Of a DNA stretch of 64,000 nucleotides, positions 50,129-61,483 are shown piece by piece. The stretch is taken from the NCBI GenBank assembly GCA_965277185.1, contig CBDICC010000026.1, forward strand, positions 13,079-77,078, written 5' to 3'. A program made the translations under genes and the position numbers. Origin of the DNA: Cytophagales bacterium. Its GTDB lineage: Bacteria > Bacteroidota > Bacteroidia > Cytophagales > JAHDFW01. A model generated the notes under the pieces. The model was not told the origin of the DNA. It ran no database searches and saw only the letters and a program-made list of their open reading frames with translations. Each line of letters starts with the position of its first letter. The stretch's first letter is position 1.

Positions 50129-52060
50129 TTACAAGATTCGAATTTCGATCCGGGTATTTTGCCTGCGTCCTTCTTTTGTGGAATTATCTGCGATTGGCAT
50201 TCGGTCTCCTTTTCCTCTTGCTTTGATTCTGGAAGTTCCAATGTTTTGTATTTTCAAATACCTTGAGATATTATTGACTCGCTTTTGAGAAAGTAACAAA
50301 TTTAATCCTGCTTTACCTGTATTGTCTGTATGACCTGTAATTTCAATCTGAATGGTTTCGTTGGCTTTCATCAATTCTACCAATCGATCTAATTCAAATT
50401 TCGCTGCCTTCGTAATTTCAATACCGTCTTTTTCAAAATGCACATTACGCAGAATGAGTTTAGCATCCTTTTTTACTTCCTGAAGTACTATTGTCGTATC
50501 TCGTTCATGATAACCTGTTGCTTCTCCAAATTGAATATTATCGGAATAAAATATATACAAGTTTTGTTCGATTATGATGCCGTAATTTGGTCCAGAGGGT
50601 AGGGTAGCCACAAATTCTCCCGTTTCACAATTTGATTTAAATTGATCAAAAATTGTGGAATCACTGTAATTCATCAAGGTAATATCTGCACATAAAGGAT
50701 TCCCTTTCGGATCTGTTACCTTGCCCTTATACAGTGTAAGATTTGCCAGTGATTTAGCCAATTCTAACTCATATATATCATTGTATCCTTTTCCTTTATT
50801 CCAATGCCGAGCATAATATCCTGTGGTGCCATTTGCAGCCAATACAAAATCCACTTCATCCGAAGCCGTATTTATAGGATATCCTAGATTCTCTGGTTTG
50901 CTCCAAGATCCATCTGATAATTTGACAGATCGAAATATATCATATCCGCCCATCGTTTGATGTCCTTGAGAACTAAAATAAAGGGTTTTGCCATCGGCAT
51001 GAATAAAAGGAGAGGCTTCATTCAACGTGGTATTTAGAAATTCAAGTGCTTTTGGTTTGGACCAAACTCCTTTTCGACTTCTTGTAGAAGTGTACATATC
51101 GTAGTTTCCTTCTTTTCCATGAATGTAATAAAGGGTTTTGCCATCCGGACTTAGCGACGCAGAAGATTCATGATAACTTGTATTTATATAATCTGGTAAA
51201 GGTTCTGGTATAGACCACTTTCCACGGTTATTTTTTGATATATAAAGGTCTCCTCCATTTTCACTTTTATATAGAAACAAATAGCGTCCGTTTCCTGAAA
51301 TTCCCGCCAACGTATTAAATCCTTCTGTATTAATAGGTGCTTGAAGTGGTTTTACATTTTTCCATTTGGTTCTTTTTGAAGCTGAATAGATCTGGATAAA
51401 AGGCAATCCATCTTCATGATTCTTTTTGCTTGCTTTATTCGGTCGCCTAGATGCAAAAAATAAGCGTGAGCCATCTGCATTAATTTTGGGAGAAGCGTCT
51501 GGGAATTCCGTATTTACATTTCCTTTGATCGGTCTAATTTTAACTTCGGTTCCATTATTGATCATCATTTTAGCTATACGGCATTCTTGCACGTATCGTC
51601 TGGCTGTAACGGCTTCTTTGCTTTTATTTCCCCACAACACATATTGCTCAATGGCTTTATCAAATTGATTATTGCGGTGCAATGCGCGTGCATAGGATAA
51701 ATAATGGGTTGCCTCAGGAGATTCATTCATTTCTACGGCTTTTCCGAGGAATTTTACCGCTTTATCATAATCTCCGGAGTATAAAAACGATTGTCCAAAA
51801 CGTACAATAAACTCGATATCATCCACATCATTGACTGATACTTTCTCGTAAAAACTTAACGCTTTGGGATAATTTTGCAACTCAAAGTACTGATTCCCTT
51901 TCTTAATTAATTTTTTATTGCTTTGAGAAAAGGTTGTTGTGCACAAGAAAAGGACCGCAAAGAGCGCTAGCACTGTTTTTAACAATGTCTGTAAATCCTT
52001 TAAATCGATAAAACAGAAACTATTAGATGCAATTCTTTTATTTATGGTGTTCCAACCCAT
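50129..52060 (-). CDS. second OmpA-family TPR/PD40 protein (PorE-like)
   Basis: FIHADGKTLYFSSQGH, ENLGYPINT, IEITGHTDNTG, LSQKRV, GRRQNTRIEI; exact start uncertain. Confidence 0.9.
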   Translation of the reverse strand: MGWNTINKRIASNSFCFIDLKDLQTLLKTVLALFAVLFLCTTTFSQSNKKLIKKGNQYFELQNYPKALSFYEKVSVNDVDDIEFIVRFGQSFLYSGDYDKAVKFLGKAVEMNESPEATHYLSYARALHRNNQFDKAIEQYVLWGNKSKEAVTARRYVQECRIAKMMINNGTEVKIRPIKGNVNTEFPDASPKINADGSRLFFASRRPNKASKKNHEDGLPFIQIYSASKRTKWKNVKPLQAPINTEGFNTLAGISGNGRYLFLYKSENGGDLYISKNNRGKWSIPEPLPDYINTSYHESSASLSPDGKTLYYIHGKEGNYDMYTSTRSRKGVWSKPKALEFLNTTLNEASPFIHADGKTLYFSSQGHQTMGGYDIFRSVKLSDGSWSKPENLGYPINTASDEVDFVLAANGTTGYYARHWNKGKGYNDIYELELAKSLANLTLYKGKVTDPKGNPLCADITLMNYSDSTIFDQFKSNCETGEFVATLPSGPNYGIIIEQNLYIFYSDNIQFGEATGYHERDTTIVLQEVKKDAKLILRNVHFEKDGIEITKAAKFELDRLVELMKANETIQIEITGHTDNTGKAGLNLLLSQKRVNNISRYLKIQNIGTSRIKARGKGDRMPIADNSTKEGRRQNTRIEIRIL

Positions 52061-52079
52061 TTTAAATTCAGAATTTAAG

Positions 52080-52087
52080 TAAATTTG
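52080..52087 (+). promoter_or_regulatory. -7 element (TAAATTTG) for the cyclophilin gene
   Basis: Exact TAnnTTTG match. Confidence 0.6.
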
Positions 52088-52135
52088 CCGCTCTTACATT
52101 AAAACAATACAAAACTATAAATAAATATTAATAAA

Positions 52136-52567
52136 ATGACAAAAGCTAAAATCAATACTTCTGTTGGAACAATGGAAGTAGAGTTATATGACAATGATGC
52201 GCCTAAAACGGTTGAAAACTTTGTGAAATTGGCAACTGAGGGATTTTATAATGGATTAAACTTTCACAGAGTGCTTCCTAATTTTGTAATTCAAGGTGGA
52301 TGTCCTGATGGTACCGGAGCTGGTGGCCCAGGTTACTCTATCGATTGTGAATTAGATGGTGAATTACAATATCATGATCGAGGAGTACTTTCTATGGCGC
52401 ATGCAGGACGAAATACTGGTGGATCTCAATTTTTCGTTTGTCACAGTAGAGATAATACATCTCATTTGGACGGAAACCATACTTGCTTTGGAAAAGTAGT
52501 AAATGGGGTTGAAGTGATTGACTTGGTAAAAGAAGGAACGGCTATTGAATCTATCGTGATTGACTAG
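52136..52567 (+). CDS. cyclophilin-type peptidyl-prolyl isomerase
   Basis: FYNGLNFHRV, FVIQGG, LSMAHAGRNTGGSQFF, HLDGNHTCFG. Confidence 0.96.
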   Translation: MTKAKINTSVGTMEVELYDNDAPKTVENFVKLATEGFYNGLNFHRVLPNFVIQGGCPDGTGAGGPGYSIDCELDGELQYHDRGVLSMAHAGRNTGGSQFFVCHSRDNTSHLDGNHTCFGKVVNGVEVIDLVKEGTAIESIVID

Positions 52568-52615
52568 TTTATCTGATTCTTTAAAAGATTATATTAATCT
52601 ATAATATAGCAAGAG

Positions 52616-52650
52616 AAAGCGAAGTTTCCGTAAGGAGATTTCGCTTTTTT
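52616..52650 (+). terminator. rho-independent terminator, probably bidirectional
   Basis: AAAGCGAAGTTTCC-GTAA-GGAGATTTCGCTTT plus a T-tract. Confidence 0.85.
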
Positions 52651-52679
52651 TGTACACCATAATTTGTTTTGACTACGCC

Positions 52680-53216
52680 TTATTTGACAAATTGTGTTCT
52701 TAATAGGGAGAAGATATGGCAATCAATCAATTCATCATCTTTTAGAATATAGTTGGGCAGGGTAGCGTCGTGGGAAAATCCGTTGTTAACCAGTGGATAT
52801 TGCGTTTCTTTTTCTCCTTCGTATGATTGCGCGATAATTCGATTTACTTTACTATAGTTTGAAAAAACATACTCCAAACCTTGGTGCAAAGCACTGGTTA
52901 CGGCGCCTGATTTCCAATATTGTTCTGAAACAAAATAGCCGATTTCTGCGTTGTTATGCCACGCACGTTGTTTAAATGAAATATTAAGACCTCCAATCAC
53001 TTCATTTTCATTGACGATTGCAAAGTATTTGGTTCCTTTTGATTTGGTTTTAATGCGATGAATCCAATCTTCCAGTCGATTTCGTTCTAACCGATTGGGT
53101 AAATAGTCATCACAGTTGGATAGATAAGATTGGCTTTGAAAAATTTCGGATAACCTATCAAGGTATCCAAAGCGCCAATTTTGAAGTTCGATGTTATTGC
53201 CTGATCCTCGTCCCAT
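52680..53216 (-). CDS. GNAT N-acetyltransferase, RimJ/RimL family
   Basis: AEIGYFVSEQYWKSGAVT, NGFSHDATL. Confidence 0.8.
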   Translation of the reverse strand: MGRGSGNNIELQNWRFGYLDRLSEIFQSQSYLSNCDDYLPNRLERNRLEDWIHRIKTKSKGTKYFAIVNENEVIGGLNISFKQRAWHNNAEIGYFVSEQYWKSGAVTSALHQGLEYVFSNYSKVNRIIAQSYEGEKETQYPLVNNGFSHDATLPNYILKDDELIDCHIFSLLRTQFVK

Positions 53217-53390
53217 ATAATATGGTGTACGGGAGGAGGGAGGACAAGGTTACTGTGTCTTGATTAGGCTCTAAACATTCTTGATTTTGTTATAAATACT
53301 TGGCTTATAGTTCAGTTCTAAGAAGTACTGTGTCTAGCTTACAATTCCTAGTTTAGTTTTGATGTGGTCGTTTTCGTTGATGTATTCAAG

Positions 53391-53870
53391 ATACTAAATT
53401 TCATCTTGACTACGGTTTAATATTTAACTTTCTATCTAAGCGGTACAATATTAAAAATATGTGATTTTTCTCGTTTGAAAGTGCCTTTTCGCTTCTGGGT
53501 TCTAAAACAAAGTATTTCTCCTATAGTCGAAATGACTTTCTAATTATGAGGGAATACTAAATTTTATCTTGACTACGGTTTAATATTTAACTTTCTATCT
53601 AAGCGGTACAATATTAAAAATATGTGATTTTTCACGTTAGAAATGCCTTTTGAGCTTCTGGTTCCTAAAACAAAGTATTTCTCCTGTAGTCGAAATGACT
53701 TTCTAATTATGATGGAATACTAAATTTTATCTTGACCAGGGTTTAATATTTAACTTTCTATCTAAGCGGTACAATATTAAAAATATGTGATTTTTCTCGT
53801 TTAGAAATGCCTTTTGAGTTTCTGATTCCTAAAACAAAGTATTTCTCCCATAGTCGAAATGACTTTCTAA
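53391..53870. repeat. three tandem 163-bp non-coding repeats
   Basis: Units start at 53391, 53554 and 53717 (ATACTAAATT...); near-identical, with substitutions and single-base indels. Confidence 0.97.
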
Positions 53871-53888
53871 ATGCAAGGGGGAGGAAAT

Positions 53889-54050
53889 TCAAACCCGAAT
53901 CCCGATCACGCAAAGATCATCTACTTGCTCTTCTTTGCTTTCTTCCATCCATTGATTGTTGGCGGATTCTAAATGGGATTTCTGTTCAGGCATCGCGCGA
54001 GAAGACTCTGATAGTTCGCCTAACAGATATTTTGTGATTTTAGCCTTCAT
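53889..54050 (-). pseudogene. isolated C-terminal fragment of a SpoIIE/PP2C (RsbU-like) phosphatase
   Basis: Manual translation MKAKITKYLLGELSESSRAMPEQKSHLESANNQWMEESKEEQVDDLCVIGIRV*; the M.EQK..L......W.....EQVDD..VIGIRV tail is typical of SpoIIE domains. Confidence 0.65.
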
Positions 54051-54061
54051 ATCTACGCAGG

Positions 54062-56563
54062 TTACTTCTTTAAGAATAATTGATTGTACATTTTCAAAAC
54101 ATCCTGCTCATTAAAATTTAATTTCAGATTCTTAATCCAGACGTTCTTGTCTCTTAAATTAAAGTTCATCAAATGTTGACGTGATCCAATTATTTCAGAG
54201 GAGACATCCACGCCATAACGGGTAATATGCCTTAAAGAAGAGGTCTTATTATTTTCTTCAATATCCCACGCTTTGATGGAACCTTTACTACTAAACTGGT
54301 TCGTAATCATACAACTATCACATGAATAAACGTTTTTTCCTTCCATATTATACAACGAACTCGTTATTCGTTCAGAAAACCAATTATTATCATAATATAC
54401 AAATTCATCCATGTCAAAATTGAATTCTGGACTCAACCAATCTGTCATGGGAGAACCATTAAACGAATACAACCTTTTGGTAAGCAGATCCTTATAAAAT
54501 TCCTCCCACCGAAAGAATTTTGCATAATATTTTGGAATTCGATAGGAGAGTACGCCAACATTAGTATTCCATTTATAGGTATAAACGTAAATAGAATCTT
54601 GCTTAGGCAATTCCAACACCAATGCGCCTTTACCGTCGTAAAATTTTATTTCGCTTGATTTATTATCTGATTCCATAAACCCTTCACTTAGCTCTGGAAA
54701 GCGCATCAGGCGCTTTTTCTGTCCCACATCTTTAATTATCTTCCCATTTGGATCCAAGATTTGCTTTGTAAATTGTCGATAACCAAATGCATTGGCAGGA
54801 CCAATAATCGTTGGACTCAGCGTTAGTTTTAACTCATATTGAAAGTTTAAATCTCTATCTACACAACCAAAACCATTGTCCTGATCGTACAACACAGCAT
54901 AGCCATTGGAAAACTCAGGGAGCCTACTACCTGAAATATCTACTAGTCCTTTTTTTGTGGAAGTTTTTACTTTATAATATTCTTTATAAGAAGGCGGAAC
55001 TTCTATTTCTCCTTGGGTATTGATGAGTCCATAGCGTTGCTGATCATAATGGATTTTACCTGATTTATCAATGATTTTAAAGGTGGCTACTCCTTCTTTA
55101 AAATCTCCAAATGCCAGCCTAAAATTAACCTCTTTAAATGTTAAGAGCACATTTCCAGAACCATCCAACACATCAAAAGAGCCTTTTCCATTGCTTAAAT
55201 ATGGCTTAGTAATCTGGACTTTTAATCCTTTACACTTTCCTTCGTAATCACTATTAACCCACAAAGGCCCTTTAAGAGAGTCTTCATTTATTTTCTTACC
55301 CAATAAATTTACTTTGGACTTACTAAAGGCGTAATATGGACGATTCTTAACGAATTTCTTGTAATTGGTCTGGGCTTTAATGTTGGCAATTTCTTCTTTC
55401 GTAAAATAAGCACCTCTCTTCCTATTTGGAATGCGTGCGGATTCATATTCTAGCAAATCTTGGTAAATGATCGCTACAAATTCTTGGGCAAAAACCTCTT
55501 CTTTTACACGCTGTAAATCAAAGCCATTCTTTGTTGAATCCACGGCAATTTCAAAGAATGCATTTCGTGTCCCATTTTTGTAGGTTACCAGAATATATGG
55601 GCTCTTTCGAACTATGGCTATATTTATTGAAACCAGCTGGTCTATAGATTTAAAGTTCTTTCGAACTGCCAGCATTGTATTAATCGTTTCATCCCTAGCT
55701 TTTAAATCAATATGCAAATAATAAAAAAATGAAGATGGATCATCGTCGTATTCTGAATACTTTCTTACGGTATATGGTCTTGATTTTAAATCAAAATAAG
55801 AACGCATTTCGTCCTTTTGATTCATTTTTAGCAAGTCTTGCACCAATGATTCTCCATACTTTTTTAAATCCGAAATTGTCCGAGCAGGCTTTTTAATACT
55901 TAAAGACTCATATTCCATAAATACTTTGAGCGGAATCATCTTTGAAAAAAGGGGGAATACCTGATCTGAATAGGTAATGACATTCCACTTTGACTCTTTT
56001 TTTCTTTTATAAAACAAAAATTGAATGGTTCCAGAGGAAGAATAGAAGTTACCTGATTCTTCTTTTTGATAATAACGTAATCCATGGAAAACAGATGGAT
56101 GTAATTCATCCGGATCAAATCCCATTACGGTACTCTCGTTATGGGCTCCATTTAGTTTTCTCACTAATTGGTAATCATTTTTATTTGAGGGCACTAAAAT
56201 TCGATCCTGTACTTTTACATATACTTTTACAAACGAATATTCCGAAATTGTCTTTGATTCATTAATTGAGTCTATTTCTTGTCCAAAATACTTAATTGTG
56301 CCAAGTCCTTTTCTTGATGTCAGTAACTTAAACTGTCCATCAACCATGTCTGGTTGTTTGGACGAAACATCTGCTAAAGTTTGTTTAAAGCTTGTTATAT
56401 TCCTGCTGTTTAACGCTTCGAAATATCCATTGATTTTTTCTTTAATAAATTCTTCTGTGGGTTCATTCCCTTTTCCATATGAATTTAAACAGCTGCATAA
56501 ACAAAAAAGAACGCACAATAAGAGCGTTCCTTTTCTAAATCGGTTAATTCTATAGTGTTGCAA
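54062..56563 (-). CDS. large secreted protein with C-terminal WG-like repeats
   Basis: Signal or lipobox-like LCSC; FKEGVA, YGLINTQGEI, FSNGYA, LSEGF. Start moved to TTG 56563 to avoid overlap with icmF (uncertain). Confidence 0.68.
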   Translation of the reverse strand: MQHYRINRFRKGTLLLCVLFCLCSCLNSYGKGNEPTEEFIKEKINGYFEALNSRNITSFKQTLADVSSKQPDMVDGQFKLLTSRKGLGTIKYFGQEIDSINESKTISEYSFVKVYVKVQDRILVPSNKNDYQLVRKLNGAHNESTVMGFDPDELHPSVFHGLRYYQKEESGNFYSSSGTIQFLFYKRKKESKWNVITYSDQVFPLFSKMIPLKVFMEYESLSIKKPARTISDLKKYGESLVQDLLKMNQKDEMRSYFDLKSRPYTVRKYSEYDDDPSSFFYYLHIDLKARDETINTMLAVRKNFKSIDQLVSINIAIVRKSPYILVTYKNGTRNAFFEIAVDSTKNGFDLQRVKEEVFAQEFVAIIYQDLLEYESARIPNRKRGAYFTKEEIANIKAQTNYKKFVKNRPYYAFSKSKVNLLGKKINEDSLKGPLWVNSDYEGKCKGLKVQITKPYLSNGKGSFDVLDGSGNVLLTFKEVNFRLAFGDFKEGVATFKIIDKSGKIHYDQQRYGLINTQGEIEVPPSYKEYYKVKTSTKKGLVDISGSRLPEFSNGYAVLYDQDNGFGCVDRDLNFQYELKLTLSPTIIGPANAFGYRQFTKQILDPNGKIIKDVGQKKRLMRFPELSEGFMESDNKSSEIKFYDGKGALVLELPKQDSIYVYTYKWNTNVGVLSYRIPKYYAKFFRWEEFYKDLLTKRLYSFNGSPMTDWLSPEFNFDMDEFVYYDNNWFSERITSSLYNMEGKNVYSCDSCMITNQFSSKGSIKAWDIEENNKTSSLRHITRYGVDVSSEIIGSRQHLMNFNLRDKNVWIKNLKLNFNEQDVLKMYNQLFLKK

Positions 56564-56603
56564 TAGATTGTATTTATTTAAGTCAAAGCTAATGAATATA
56601 ATC

Positions 56604-59600
56604 CTACATATTCCTTCTATACTGTCCACCAACTTCAAACAAGGCATTGGTAATCTGACCAAGTGAACAATGTTTTCCGGCTTCCATCAAGGCTTCAAAG
56701 ATGTTTCCATTAGTCACTGCAATCTTTTGAATTGCTTCTAATTGAACACTCGATAAATCCTCTTTACTGTCATGCAATGAATTCAACATTTCAATCTGAT
56801 ATTGCTTTTCTTCTTCGGTAGCACGGATTACCTCGTCTGGAACAATAGTAGGAGAGCCTTTAGAACTTAAAAACGTATTTACCCCGATTATAGGGTATTC
56901 TCCGTTGTGTTTTAAGGTTTCATAATACAAACTCTCTTCTTGAATTTTTGAACGTTGGTACATCGTTTCCATTGCACCTAATACTCCTCCACGTTCCGTA
57001 ATGCTTTCGAATTCCAAAAGAACCGCTTCCTCAACCAAATCGGTTAATTCTTCAATAATGAACGACCCCTGAAGTGGGTTTTCGTTTTTAGCCAATCCTA
57101 ACTCTCGGTTGATAATCAACTGAATGGCCATAGCTCGGCGTACAGACTCTTCTGTAGGCGTTGTAATGGCTTCGTCGTATGCATTAGTATGCAATGAATT
57201 ACAGTTGTCATAAATTGCGTATAGCGCCTGTAATGTAGTTCTAATGTCGTTAAAGTCAATTTCTTGTGCATGCAATGATCTACCAGATGTTTGAATATGG
57301 TATTTCAACATTTGAGCACGAGGATTTGCTCCGTACTTTTCTTTTAAGGCTTTAGACCAGATTCTACGTGCCACTCGTCCAATCACTGCATATTCCGGAT
57401 CAATTCCATTGGAGAAGAAGAATGATAGGTTTGGACCAAACTTATTGATGTCCATCCCTCTACTCAAGTAATACTCTACATAAGTAAATCCATTTGACAG
57501 TGTAAGAGCAAGTTGTGTAATTGGATTTGCACCCGCTTCAGCTATATGATAACCCGAAATCGACACGGAATAGAAGTTACGAACGTTCTTATCAATGAAA
57601 TATTCCTGCACATCTCCCATCAACCTTAACGCAAACTCTGTAGAGAAAATACATGTGTTTTGTGCCTGATCTTCTTTTAAGATATCGGCTTGTACCGTAC
57701 CTCTAACTTTCGCAATGGTTTCATACTTGATCATATTATAGGTCTCCAAATCAAGTACTTCGTCACCAGTTACACCCAGTAACATTAACCCTAAACCATC
57801 GTTTCCTTCTGGAATATCTCCTTGATAGTTTGGTCTTGCAATATTCTGATCTTCATATTTGGCCTTCTTTACTGCTTCAACCTTACTTTCAAGTTTGTTT
57901 TCTTTGATGAATTTTTCACATTCCTGATCAATGGCTGTGTTCATGAAGAAACTCAACAACATCGGTGCTGGACCGTTAATGGTCATGGAAACAGATGTTT
58001 TCGGATTGGTTAATTCAAATCCTGAATACAATTTTTTGGCATCATCCAAGCAACAAATTGATACACCTGCATTTCCAATTTTACCGTAAATATCAGGTCT
58101 ATGATTTGGATCATTTCCATATAAAGTCACAGAATCAAACGCAGTAGAAAGTCGTTTTGCAGGCATTCCTAGACTTACATAGTGAAAACGACGATTGGTT
58201 CGTTCCGGACCTCCTTCACCTGCAAACATTCTAGTTGGATCTTCTCCTTCTCGTTTGAAAGGGAATAATCCAGCAGTATATGGAAATTCTCCTGGTACAT
58301 TTTCTTGCAAGGTCCAATTCAATAAATCACCCCAGCTTCGGTATTTCGGAAGGGCAATTTTAGGGATTTGCTGATGCGAAAGCGATTCAGAATGGGTTTT
58401 GATACTCAATTCCTTATCTCTTACTTTAAATTTATATTCTGGAGCTTTGTAAAGGCTCTTTTTGTTTTCCCAATTCGTTATTATATCCCAATAATGTGGG
58501 TTTAAATCCTTATGAACATCGTTGAATTTAGTGATTAGCATTCGCAATTCATCCGAAGACTTTTCTTCACCAGCATTTGCGTCTGAAGTCAACATGTCAT
58601 CTCCTCCAAATAGTTTGATGGCTTGATTTAATCCATAAAGCTGATCCGCTATATCGGATTGTTTCTTTGCCATTTCATCGTAACCACGGTTATTATCTGC
58701 GATTTCAGAAAGGTAACGTACACGCTTAGGTGGAATTACAAAGATTTTCTCACTTTGCTCTGCACTTATTTCAAAGCTTGATTTCAATTCAGCGCCGGTT
58801 TTCTCCACCACTTTGTCCATAATGGCCTTATACAGCGTATTTGTGCCCGGATCATTGAATTGAGAGGCGATTGTTCCATACACTGGAATTTCATCGTCAT
58901 GCGCTTCCCAAAGGTTATGATTTCGTTTGTATTGCTTTTTCACATCTCGCAATGCGTCCAATGCTCCTCGCTTATCAAACTTGTTGATCGCCACTAAATC
59001 AGCGAAATCCAACATGTCGATTTTTTCTAATTGAGTTGCTGCTCCAAATTCAGGCGTCATAATGTACAACGAAGCATCTGAGTGATCTAGAATCTCCGTA
59101 TCTGACTGACCAATCCCAGAAGTTTCCAGAATAATCAAATCATAGTTAGCCGCTTTTAAAATATCTAAAGCCTCTTGAACGTGTTTGGATAAGGCCAAAT
59201 TTGATTGTCTGGTAGCCAATGAACGCATAAACACTCGAGGGTTGCGAATGGAGTTCATGCGAATTCGATCTCCAAGTAATGCTCCACCTGTCCTTTTTTT
59301 AGAAGGATCAACGGATACAATGGCCAACGTTTTTTCAGGAAAGTCAATTAAAAAACGACGAACCAACTCATCTACCATCGAAGATTTTCCAGCACCACCG
59401 GTACCTGTGATCCCTAAAATAGGAGTAGAGAACGCTTTTGAAAGTGCATGTACTTTTTCAAGTTCAGCTCGACTTTCTTCTGGATAGTTCTCTGCTGCTG
59501 AAATTAATTTCGCAATCGCCGGAGCAAATTTATCTTTCAAATGCTCTACTTCACCATTCAAGTTTTCACCCGTTGGAAAATCGCATTTCTCCATCATGTC

Positions 59601-60011
59601 GTTGATCATTCCTTGCAATCCCATTGCACGGCCATCATCCGGATGATAGATACGCGTAATACCATATGCTTGTAAATCTTCAATTTCAGAAGGTAGAATC
59701 GTTCCACCTCCTCCAGCAAAGATCTTGATTTGAGATGCTCCTTTTTCCTGAAGTAAATCATACATGTACTTCAAATACTCTGTATGTCCACCTTGATACG
59801 ACGTCATCGCAATGGCTTGCGCATCTTCTTGAATTGCACAATTAACCACTTCTTCGACACTTCTATCATGTCCCAAGTGAATTACTTCCGCACCAGTTGA
59901 CTGAATAATCCGACGCATAATATTAATCGCTGCGTCATGTCCGTCAAACAAAGATGCTGCGGTTACAATTCGTATTTTATTCTTGGGTTTATAAGGAGCT
60001 TCCTGAATCAT
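56604..60011 (-). CDS. icmF: fused acyl-CoA mutase / MeaB-like GTPase (IcmF family)
   Basis: B12-binding [10 protein letters not shown]; GTGGAGKSS; ETSGIGQS; mutase [26 protein letters not shown]. Start moved to ATG 60011. Confidence 0.93.
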   Translation of the reverse strand: MIQEAPYKPKNKIRIVTAASLFDGHDAAINIMRRIIQSTGAEVIHLGHDRSVEEVVNCAIQEDAQAIAMTSYQGGHTEYLKYMYDLLQEKGASQIKIFAGGGGTILPSEIEDLQAYGITRIYHPDDGRAMGLQGMINDMMEKCDFPTGENLNGEVEHLKDKFAPAIAKLISAAENYPEESRAELEKVHALSKAFSTPILGITGTGGAGKSSMVDELVRRFLIDFPEKTLAIVSVDPSKKRTGGALLGDRIRMNSIRNPRVFMRSLATRQSNLALSKHVQEALDILKAANYDLIILETSGIGQSDTEILDHSDASLYIMTPEFGAATQLEKIDMLDFADLVAINKFDKRGALDALRDVKKQYKRNHNLWEAHDDEIPVYGTIASQFNDPGTNTLYKAIMDKVVEKTGAELKSSFEISAEQSEKIFVIPPKRVRYLSEIADNNRGYDEMAKKQSDIADQLYGLNQAIKLFGGDDMLTSDANAGEEKSSDELRMLITKFNDVHKDLNPHYWDIITNWENKKSLYKAPEYKFKVRDKELSIKTHSESLSHQQIPKIALPKYRSWGDLLNWTLQENVPGEFPYTAGLFPFKREGEDPTRMFAGEGGPERTNRRFHYVSLGMPAKRLSTAFDSVTLYGNDPNHRPDIYGKIGNAGVSICCLDDAKKLYSGFELTNPKTSVSMTINGPAPMLLSFFMNTAIDQECEKFIKENKLESKVEAVKKAKYEDQNIARPNYQGDIPEGNDGLGLMLLGVTGDEVLDLETYNMIKYETIAKVRGTVQADILKEDQAQNTCIFSTEFALRLMGDVQEYFIDKNVRNFYSVSISGYHIAEAGANPITQLALTLSNGFTYVEYYLSRGMDINKFGPNLSFFFSNGIDPEYAVIGRVARRIWSKALKEKYGANPRAQMLKYHIQTSGRSLHAQEIDFNDIRTTLQALYAIYDNCNSLHTNAYDEAITTPTEESVRRAMAIQLIINRELGLAKNENPLQGSFIIEELTDLVEEAVLLEFESITERGGVLGAMETMYQRSKIQEESLYYETLKHNGEYPIIGVNTFLSSKGSPTIVPDEVIRATEEEKQYQIEMLNSLHDSKEDLSSVQLEAIQKIAVTNGNIFEALMEAGKHCSLGQITNALFEVGGQYRRNM

Positions 60012-60130
60012 AAAAACGTTCTTTTCAATTTTACGCGAAGATACAAAAAAGATCGCTTTTACATATGAAGAATTGACAGCCTTATTTGAAATCAAAAATT
60101 AGAATGCCAAATATCATTTCCATATCGTTT

Positions 60131-60850
60131 TCAATACTTTTTCATATTGCGCCAAACAAACAGAAACAGGGCTAAAACCAAGAGTCCAATTCCAATCAGA
60201 AAAATATACCAATCATAATCTGTTGGAATGTAATTAAGTGCTGCCAACAACGCAAATTTTCCTTTATGGGTAGACAAAGTCAATGCATCAGCGGTCGTAT
60301 AATTAGAGCTAAATAATAAATAGTCCAGCGTCCAGGATAAGATTACTACCGCGGATCCTAGAATAGACAGTGTCCATTCTTTCCAATTAAATAAACTATT
60401 AAAGTAAACAATGACAAAGGCATATACAATCATAAAACAGGAAATGATTACTGGCGCAATCACTGGACCAAACCATGGAACAGGTACTAAAAACAAGATA
60501 TCCCATGTAAATAGGGAAGAAGGCCAACCTAATATTACATAAAGAAAAACATAGTAGAATATATCCCAAATAGCAAAAGACAACAGAAAAAACGCAAAAC
60601 GCTGAGCAGCCGTCTTTCCAGTCGCAATTCCAATCCCCACTAACATTATAATGGTGGCAATTTCTCTCCAAAATTCAACTTTGGCAATCATTGAACTTAT
60701 AGGTCTTAGGGGAAAACCAAATCCATCAGGATAGTACATATCCCTTAAATACACCACTACAGCTGTTTCTAAAAAGGCCATGGCTATACTAAAAATGACA
60801 AGCCAAATGATTTTTTTATTTAATTCGGGGGTAAAAACGGTAGATTTCAT
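60131..60850 (-). CDS. integral membrane hypothetical protein
   Basis: AMAFLETAVVVYLR, REIATIIML, WDIFYYVFL, WDILFLVPVPWFGPV; multiple TM segments. Confidence 0.75.
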   Translation of the reverse strand: MKSTVFTPELNKKIIWLVIFSIAMAFLETAVVVYLRDMYYPDGFGFPLRPISSMIAKVEFWREIATIIMLVGIGIATGKTAAQRFAFFLLSFAIWDIFYYVFLYVILGWPSSLFTWDILFLVPVPWFGPVIAPVIISCFMIVYAFVIVYFNSLFNWKEWTLSILGSAVVILSWTLDYLLFSSNYTTADALTLSTHKGKFALLAALNYIPTDYDWYIFLIGIGLLVLALFLFVWRNMKKY

Positions 60851-60908
60851 AAGATTTTTATTGTGTTTGTTAGATTAGAATTGGCTAATGCTGTTAAATC
60901 GAGGACGA

Positions 60909-61469
60909 TTAGATTGCAGATAATTTCGAATTTGTGGAATCATTAGGTTCCATTTCAAGGGGCTGAATAGTCGCTTCGTCAGATAACTCCTGTAGTTTTC
61001 GAATTTTAGCATACACAAACCCTAATGGAATCAATCCAAATACCCCAAAGCTACAGTCTATTAAGATCCATTCAAGTGGGATTCCACGAATTGGACCTGC
61101 AATAAAGGCTAAGGGAAATACCAATACACAAGCAATCATGCCGGTTTTGATTGTCCAAATATTACGAACGGGGTCATTATAAACCCCTACAAAAAAGAGG
61201 GCAATTATGATATGTGCAAACGCAAGCCAATCCGTTCCGTAGGACATAAATGGAAAATGAATATTTAGTTGTTGAATGCCTTCATTGACACTCATTATCC
61301 AATCATAGAGTATTCCGTCAAAACGATTCTCTATAAGTCCTGTCAGAAAATTTAGCTCTGTTTCCAATGGAAAGGCCGTTATTCCGCTTAATAGGAGTAG
61401 AAGTATGAATACGCTTATTAATATTCTAATCTGTTTTAGAAGAAGCTGTGGGGTTTGTAGTTTGTTCAT
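60909..61469 (-). CDS. integral membrane hypothetical protein
   Basis: SGITAFPL, YGTDWLAFAH, IDCSFGVFG. Confidence 0.75.
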   Translation of the reverse strand: MNKLQTPQLLLKQIRILISVFILLLLLSGITAFPLETELNFLTGLIENRFDGILYDWIMSVNEGIQQLNIHFPFMSYGTDWLAFAHIIIALFFVGVYNDPVRNIWTIKTGMIACVLVFPLAFIAGPIRGIPLEWILIDCSFGVFGLIPLGFVYAKIRKLQELSDEATIQPLEMEPNDSTNSKLSAI

Positions 61470-61483
61470 GATTTACATTTTAT

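Noticed and set aside
53391-53870. 163-bp repeats as CRISPR, integron attC, dif site, type III antitoxin or peptide genes
   Set aside because: No spacers or cassette ORFs, no proper RYYYAAC/GTTRRRY box pair, only a GTTAAAT fragment of a XerD arm, units far longer than ToxI-type repeats with no toxin gene adjacent, and indels break the short ORF
53807-54037. 76-aa plus-strand ORF
   Set aside because: Starts inside repeat copy 3 and runs antisense to the SpoIIE-like fragment
56563-56662. Apparent overlap of the WG gene start with the icmF end
   Set aside because: Artefact of choosing the longest ORF; a later start removes it
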